Of a stretch of 64,000 bases of DNA, positions 59,818-64,000 are shown piece after piece (positions within the stretch are counted from its first letter, which is position 1; the number at the start of each line of letters is the position of its first letter). The DNA is from Candidatus Bathyarchaeota archaeon (GTDB lineage Archaea > Thermoproteota > Bathyarchaeia > Bathyarchaeales > Bathycorpusculaceae). The notes under the pieces are model-generated. The model had not been told where the DNA came from. It did no database searches and saw only the letters and a program-made list of their open reading frames with translations. The position numbers were made by a program, and so were the translations under genes. The DNA lies in assembly GCA_963811105.1 (NCBI GenBank), contig CAWEPZ010000011.1, positions 1,024,001 to 1,088,000 on the forward strand. Reading direction: 5' to 3'.

Positions 59818-62379
59818 ATGGTGAATCCAAAAAAAATTCAGATAATTGCTGTTTTGGCTTTGTTTCTTGTTTCGTCAGTTTTTGCTTCAATTTCAATCTT
59901 TCACGCAACTGCAAATGCGCAGGCGGCTACGAACACCGCTTCAAGCAGTTCCATATTAAGTCAGTATGAGTGGCCTCAGTTTCAAGGCGATTCCTCTTTT
60001 ACACGGTTCTCACAGGGACCAGCCCCTGAGACACCAGCAATACTTTGGAAAGCGAATGTAACTGGAGTTCAAAGTTATATCGCAGCTTTTGACGGATTCG
60101 TTTTCGTATGCACAAATACTTCAGTTGTTGCTCTTGATCAATCAGGAAAAATAGCCTGGAGAACAGATGTGCAAATGCCGAGAAATTGGCCAATAGCATA
60201 CAAAATCGATGATTCACACATGATTGTGGAAGGCACCTGCCTTGACCCCAAAACAGGTAACATACTTTGGACTAGCTCGCAGTTCACTGCAGATACAGGC
60301 ATTTTCAACGCCAACGTCTATAGTCCAGAACAAAAAATGTTCTATATCAAAATAAATTCCTATACTGAGGCATGGGACTTCTCTGACGTCTCTAAACCGC
60401 CAACGTTAGCATGGAGAACATACGTTCCTGGCGGCGGAACAACAGGGTTAGGAACAACCTATGGCAGCGGATTGGTTTTCCCAGGCTCTTTTGAAAATCA
60501 GCAAATAGCGCTCGACGCCAGAACAGGCAAAATCGTTTGGAGTACGCTCACGAAAGGACCAATGATTTTCAATGGCGCTTATTCGGATGGGAGATTCTTC
60601 AGAGGTGGAACTGACGACAATACAATGTACTGTTTCAATGCCACAAACGGCGAAATCCTCTGGACATACTCGCCTCAAACAAACGGATACTTCACAACAA
60701 GCGCCGCGGTAGCTTACGGGAATGTTTATGAAATGAACAAAGACGGATATTTATACGCCCTTAACGTGGGAACAGGTGATCTCGTATGGAGATACAAAGG
60801 ACCAGATGACACGCTTCTTTGGCCAGGGATGCCCACAGTGGCAGATGGAAAAGTTTATGTGACCACAGGTGAAGTTGCAGAATACGGCGGTCAAGTTGGG
60901 ATTTCTGAGTTTGCATGCTTGAACGCTTACACGGGAGAGCCAATTTGGAAGCTGCCAATTGAAGCCTTGGCGCCTAGAGAATCTGTAGCTGTGGCCTATG
61001 GTAACTTATACCTTATACCAGGCAATGTTACTACATCGGTTGACTCGGTTTCAGGAACCGAGTACAGTTGGGTCAATGAGGTATGGGCAATAGGAGCTAA
61101 CTCAATTCCAGTTTCCAACTGGACTATGTGGAGAGCCGACTCAACGCACTCTTCGACTGCTCAACAGGGACCTTCTAACCTCAGTTTAACCTGGAAGTTT
61201 TCAACTAACGGCGCCGTTATTTCTTCCCCCAGCGTGGTAGATGGAATAGTTTACTTCGGTTCGCAGGACAAAAATATCTATGCTGTTGGAGCATGGAGTG
61301 GCAACCTGATTTGGAAGTTTACAACTCAAGGCTCCGTTGAATCTTCACCTGCTGTTGCGGATGGCAAAGTTTACACAGGAGGCGATGACGGCTACGTCTA
61401 TTGTCTTGACGCTTATACAGGTAGCCTCATCTGGAAAACTTTTGTTAATGGTAATCAGGAGTTCACTTTTGGTTCGGTCGTGCTTAAATCTTCGCCCTCG
61501 GTTTCCGGAGGCAAAGTCTACATTGGATCTTTAGACGGATACATGTATGCACTTGATTCCAACAGCGGCAACATCATCTGGCAGACAAAAACCAATGGGC
61601 CAATCGAATCTTCTCCAGCGGCAGCCTACAACGCGGTTTACTTCACCTCGCAAGAACCAACAACAGGAGTTCTCTACAAACTTAGCGCCAATACAGGGGA
61701 TGTTATCTGGAAACAGCAGCTTCCTTACGAATATCAGTTTACAGGAGGCGATGAGATGCTTGGTTCCCCATCCGTTGCAAACGGCATGGTCTTCGCTACA
61801 GCTAACATAAGAACTTACTACGGCATTAACGATACAACAGGCGCGATTGTTTGGACAGTTACTGATCCAGCAGCTACTGAATTCGTGGTTCTTGCTCCAA
61901 TCTATGTTAACGGTCAACTTTTCATAATTGATAAATTTGACATCAAATGCATAAATGCAATGACTGGGGCCAACATTTGGAGCTTTTTCACAGGAGATGA
62001 ACTTTACATCTCGCCGTCTTATGCCGATGGCAAAATCTATGTGGTCACTAGTCAACGTGACATTTTCATTCTTGACGCTGCTGCCAAAGGAGCAAAACTT
62101 GCAACTTACACCACGCCGTCCAGTAGCTGGTCTTCACCAACTATAGCTAATGGAAAACTGTACATTGGATGTAACGACTGGAACCTTTACTGCTTTTCTA
62201 ACGTCAATTTCCCCGCAAGCCAACCCAGACCTTCATCATCAACGATTATCGACATCAATACAGGAATTAACATGACAATTGCGTTTGCCATTATTTTAGT
62301 AGCTATTGTCATCATTATTGCCTTGGGCTACCTGCTTAGAAAGAGGGCCAAAACAACCAAAATTGCTCATGCGAGTTAG
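59818..62379 (+). CDS. Secreted, membrane-anchored tandem PQQ/BamB-like beta-propeller protein
   Basis: Signal peptide; many Y(C/A)LDA.TG...W and SSP.V.DG.VY repeats; C-terminal TM plus basic tail. Confidence 0.9.
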   Translation: MVNPKKIQIIAVLALFLVSSVFASISIFHATANAQAATNTASSSSILSQYEWPQFQGDSSFTRFSQGPAPETPAILWKANVTGVQSYIAAFDGFVFVCTNTSVVALDQSGKIAWRTDVQMPRNWPIAYKIDDSHMIVEGTCLDPKTGNILWTSSQFTADTGIFNANVYSPEQKMFYIKINSYTEAWDFSDVSKPPTLAWRTYVPGGGTTGLGTTYGSGLVFPGSFENQQIALDARTGKIVWSTLTKGPMIFNGAYSDGRFFRGGTDDNTMYCFNATNGEILWTYSPQTNGYFTTSAAVAYGNVYEMNKDGYLYALNVGTGDLVWRYKGPDDTLLWPGMPTVADGKVYVTTGEVAEYGGQVGISEFACLNAYTGEPIWKLPIEALAPRESVAVAYGNLYLIPGNVTTSVDSVSGTEYSWVNEVWAIGANSIPVSNWTMWRADSTHSSTAQQGPSNLSLTWKFSTNGAVISSPSVVDGIVYFGSQDKNIYAVGAWSGNLIWKFTTQGSVESSPAVADGKVYTGGDDGYVYCLDAYTGSLIWKTFVNGNQEFTFGSVVLKSSPSVSGGKVYIGSLDGYMYALDSNSGNIIWQTKTNGPIESSPAAAYNAVYFTSQEPTTGVLYKLSANTGDVIWKQQLPYEYQFTGGDEMLGSPSVANGMVFATANIRTYYGINDTTGAIVWTVTDPAATEFVVLAPIYVNGQLFIIDKFDIKCINAMTGANIWSFFTGDELYISPSYADGKIYVVTSQRDIFILDAAAKGAKLATYTTPSSSWSSPTIANGKLYIGCNDWNLYCFSNVNFPASQPRPSSSTIIDINTGINMTIAFAIILVAIVIIIALGYLLRKRAKTTKIAHAS

Positions 62380-62958
62380 GTAGATTTAGGAGAAAGGAGC
62401 TTTAGTACAAGCTTTTGGTGGAAAACTTGTTTTGCCATAAATACGGTACAGAGCATCCAGACGATGCATCATCCGGCAGTAACAGAAGCTATGAAAACCG
62501 CAGTTTTTTAGGTCTCACAAACTGGAAAGACTAAACGTTTTGCAGAAGCAACATCTGGGTCATTGAAAGTTCCGCATTTTTACATTTGCACTATCATTAG
62601 CTGCAGACTTCGATTTGTTGATTATTGGAACGCAAGTAAATGGATTTAGAGCGGTACCTGAAATGATTTCGTTTGTTCAAAAACTTCTGGAAGGCACCAA
62701 CAAAAAAACGGTTCTCTTCTGCATCTACGCAGTCTCTTAAGGAAACACACTAAAAGAATTGGAGCAGAGCTTTCCAAAAAAAGGCAACAAAAATCTCTGG
62801 TGTAAAACCCAGAAAAACATATTTCCTTGATCCAATAAGTGAAATTATAGAATGCTTAGATAACTCAACTAAGCCTTCAGAAACATTATCAGGCCTAAGG
62901 GGCACAACCACTTTCAAATCAATAAAAGAAATCTTTTGAGCACTTCTCAAAAAGAAAG

Positions 62959-63297
62959 CTAAGTTGACTGTTCCGAACTTTCCTTTTCTTTGCTTCCTGA
63001 GCCCTTCTTGTTTAGTATAATTAGAAGTTGGTGGTTTTTTCTGGTTAGAACTACATCTTCATTTTCTATGTTTTCCGCGATTACTTCACCATTGTACTTC
63101 ATGCGGCTGGTATAGCCAAGTTCTTTTAATTCGTTCATCAACTGCTCTCGTAGTTTTCTGAGCTGCTCGCTGGAGGTATCCTCGCCCCTTTTGAAGCAGA
63201 AAGTAATGGTTTTTTTATCTTCTTCGTAGTTTGCTCGGGTGCCTTTGCCAATTTTTTCCACGTGACCCCAAACTACTTTGTCAATGGGTTCTCTCAT
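62959..63297 (-). CDS. Hypothetical protein
   Basis: 112-aa ORF starting 12 nt after the eIF2-alpha stop; charged composition. Confidence 0.6.
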   Translation of the reverse strand: MREPIDKVVWGHVEKIGKGTRANYEEDKKTITFCFKRGEDTSSEQLRKLREQLMNELKELGYTSRMKYNGEVIAENIENEDVVLTRKNHQLLIILNKKGSGSKEKESSEQST

Positions 63298-63309
63298 ATT
63301 TTCGCCTTA

Positions 63310-64000
63310 CTATTTCTCTCTCTTGAAGGAGCCATTTCCGCCAGCTTTAGTTATGTTGGTTACTACGTTTTGGCTTACCTCATCAAGAAGATCTTCAGCT
63401 TGTTTCCAGTTATCAGCCGAAACCTCTATACTGTATCTGGGAGCAGCAATGACGTAGAATTCTATTTTGGCGTCTTTAGCTTTCTGTGCTTTCTTAGCGT
63501 TAACAATTGCTTCTTGAATACATTTAACACCGTTAGGTTTCATGCAGCGAATTTCAAGAACACCTCTAACTTTAACCAGTTTAATACGTATACGTTCTTC
63601 AGCAACTTTAGCGAAGGCTTTGGCGATGTCTTCAGGGATTTCGAGTTTAGTAAGGGCCTCGATGCCTTCTTTGAGCACCATTTCAAAGCCTTCATATAAA
63701 CCGACTTTTTCTTCAAGGACAGCGCCTGCTTTTTGGTAGACTTCATGCACCGGTAAGCCAACTATTTCCGCGACTGCGCGTAGGAGCACTTCGCCCTTTC
63801 GTTCTTTTTTCCAGACTTTAATTTTTTCTATTCTTTCCCTTTTTGTAACTCGTCTTAATGATAGGTCGATGTGACCTTTTTCAAGGTCTACCCGAAGGAC
63901 TTTTAGGACCATTTTTTGTTTTTCACGAACGAAGTCGTGAAGATTTCTTACTCTGGCGCTTGAGATTTCAGAGATATGAAGGAAGCCTCGTTTATTGTAT
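63310..64000 (-). CDS. eif2a: Translation initiation factor 2 alpha subunit, 5' end cut by window edge
   Basis: S1 domain LHISEIS...VLKVLRVD..KGHIDLSLRR; C-terminal APRY. Confidence 0.94.
   Translation of the reverse strand, partial: YNKRGFLHISEISSARVRNLHDFVREKQKMVLKVLRVDLEKGHIDLSLRRVTKRERIEKIKVWKKERKGEVLLRAVAEIVGLPVHEVYQKAGAVLEEKVGLYEGFEMVLKEGIEALTKLEIPEDIAKAFAKVAEERIRIKLVKVRGVLEIRCMKPNGVKCIQEAIVNAKKAQKAKDAKIEFYVIAAPRYSIEVSADNWKQAEDLLDEVSQNVVTNITKAGGNGSFKREK

Noticed and set aside
62750-62950. 66-aa ORF downstream of the eIF2-alpha-linked hypothetical gene
   Set aside because: TTG start, no motif; cannot be supported

Overview
Archaeal chromosomal window, most likely Bathyarchaeia (inferred from eIF2-alpha, a LysW carrier pathway, the ADH synthase/DHQ synthase II route, an archaeal shikimate kinase and a PQQ-type beta-propeller surface protein). 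About 22-64 kb is mostly housekeeping: lysWXYZJK with lysM, rpiA, ilvBN-leuCDBA-pheA, an 11-gene aromatic amino acid operon headed by aspartokinase, pyrF and eIF2-alpha. About 1-22 kb is accessory: sugar enzymes, an isoprenoid/lipid cluster, stress genes and an ABC exporter. Four observations stand out. (1) A 28-codon uORF with 9 Trp/Phe/Tyr codons among its last 15, followed at once by a hairpin, precedes the aromatic operon. This is a bacterial-style attenuation leader in an archaeon, with a weaker V/I/L-ending candidate before ilvB. (2) An RRE(PqqD)-radical SAM/SPASM gene abuts a membrane protein whose only 10 cysteines form a C-terminal (CA)n tail, suggesting a RiPP-like protein modification system. 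(3) An unannotated ~220-nt highly base-paired element at 16043-16264 with an upstream TATA-like box is a candidate ncRNA. (4) A seven-gene cluster encodes GGR, a polyprenyl synthase, a CrtC/AttH-like protein, SCP2 and unknown proteins. Three genes carry apparent single-base insertions and two are decayed pseudogenes. All calls come from reading the sequence by eye; no database searches were run.
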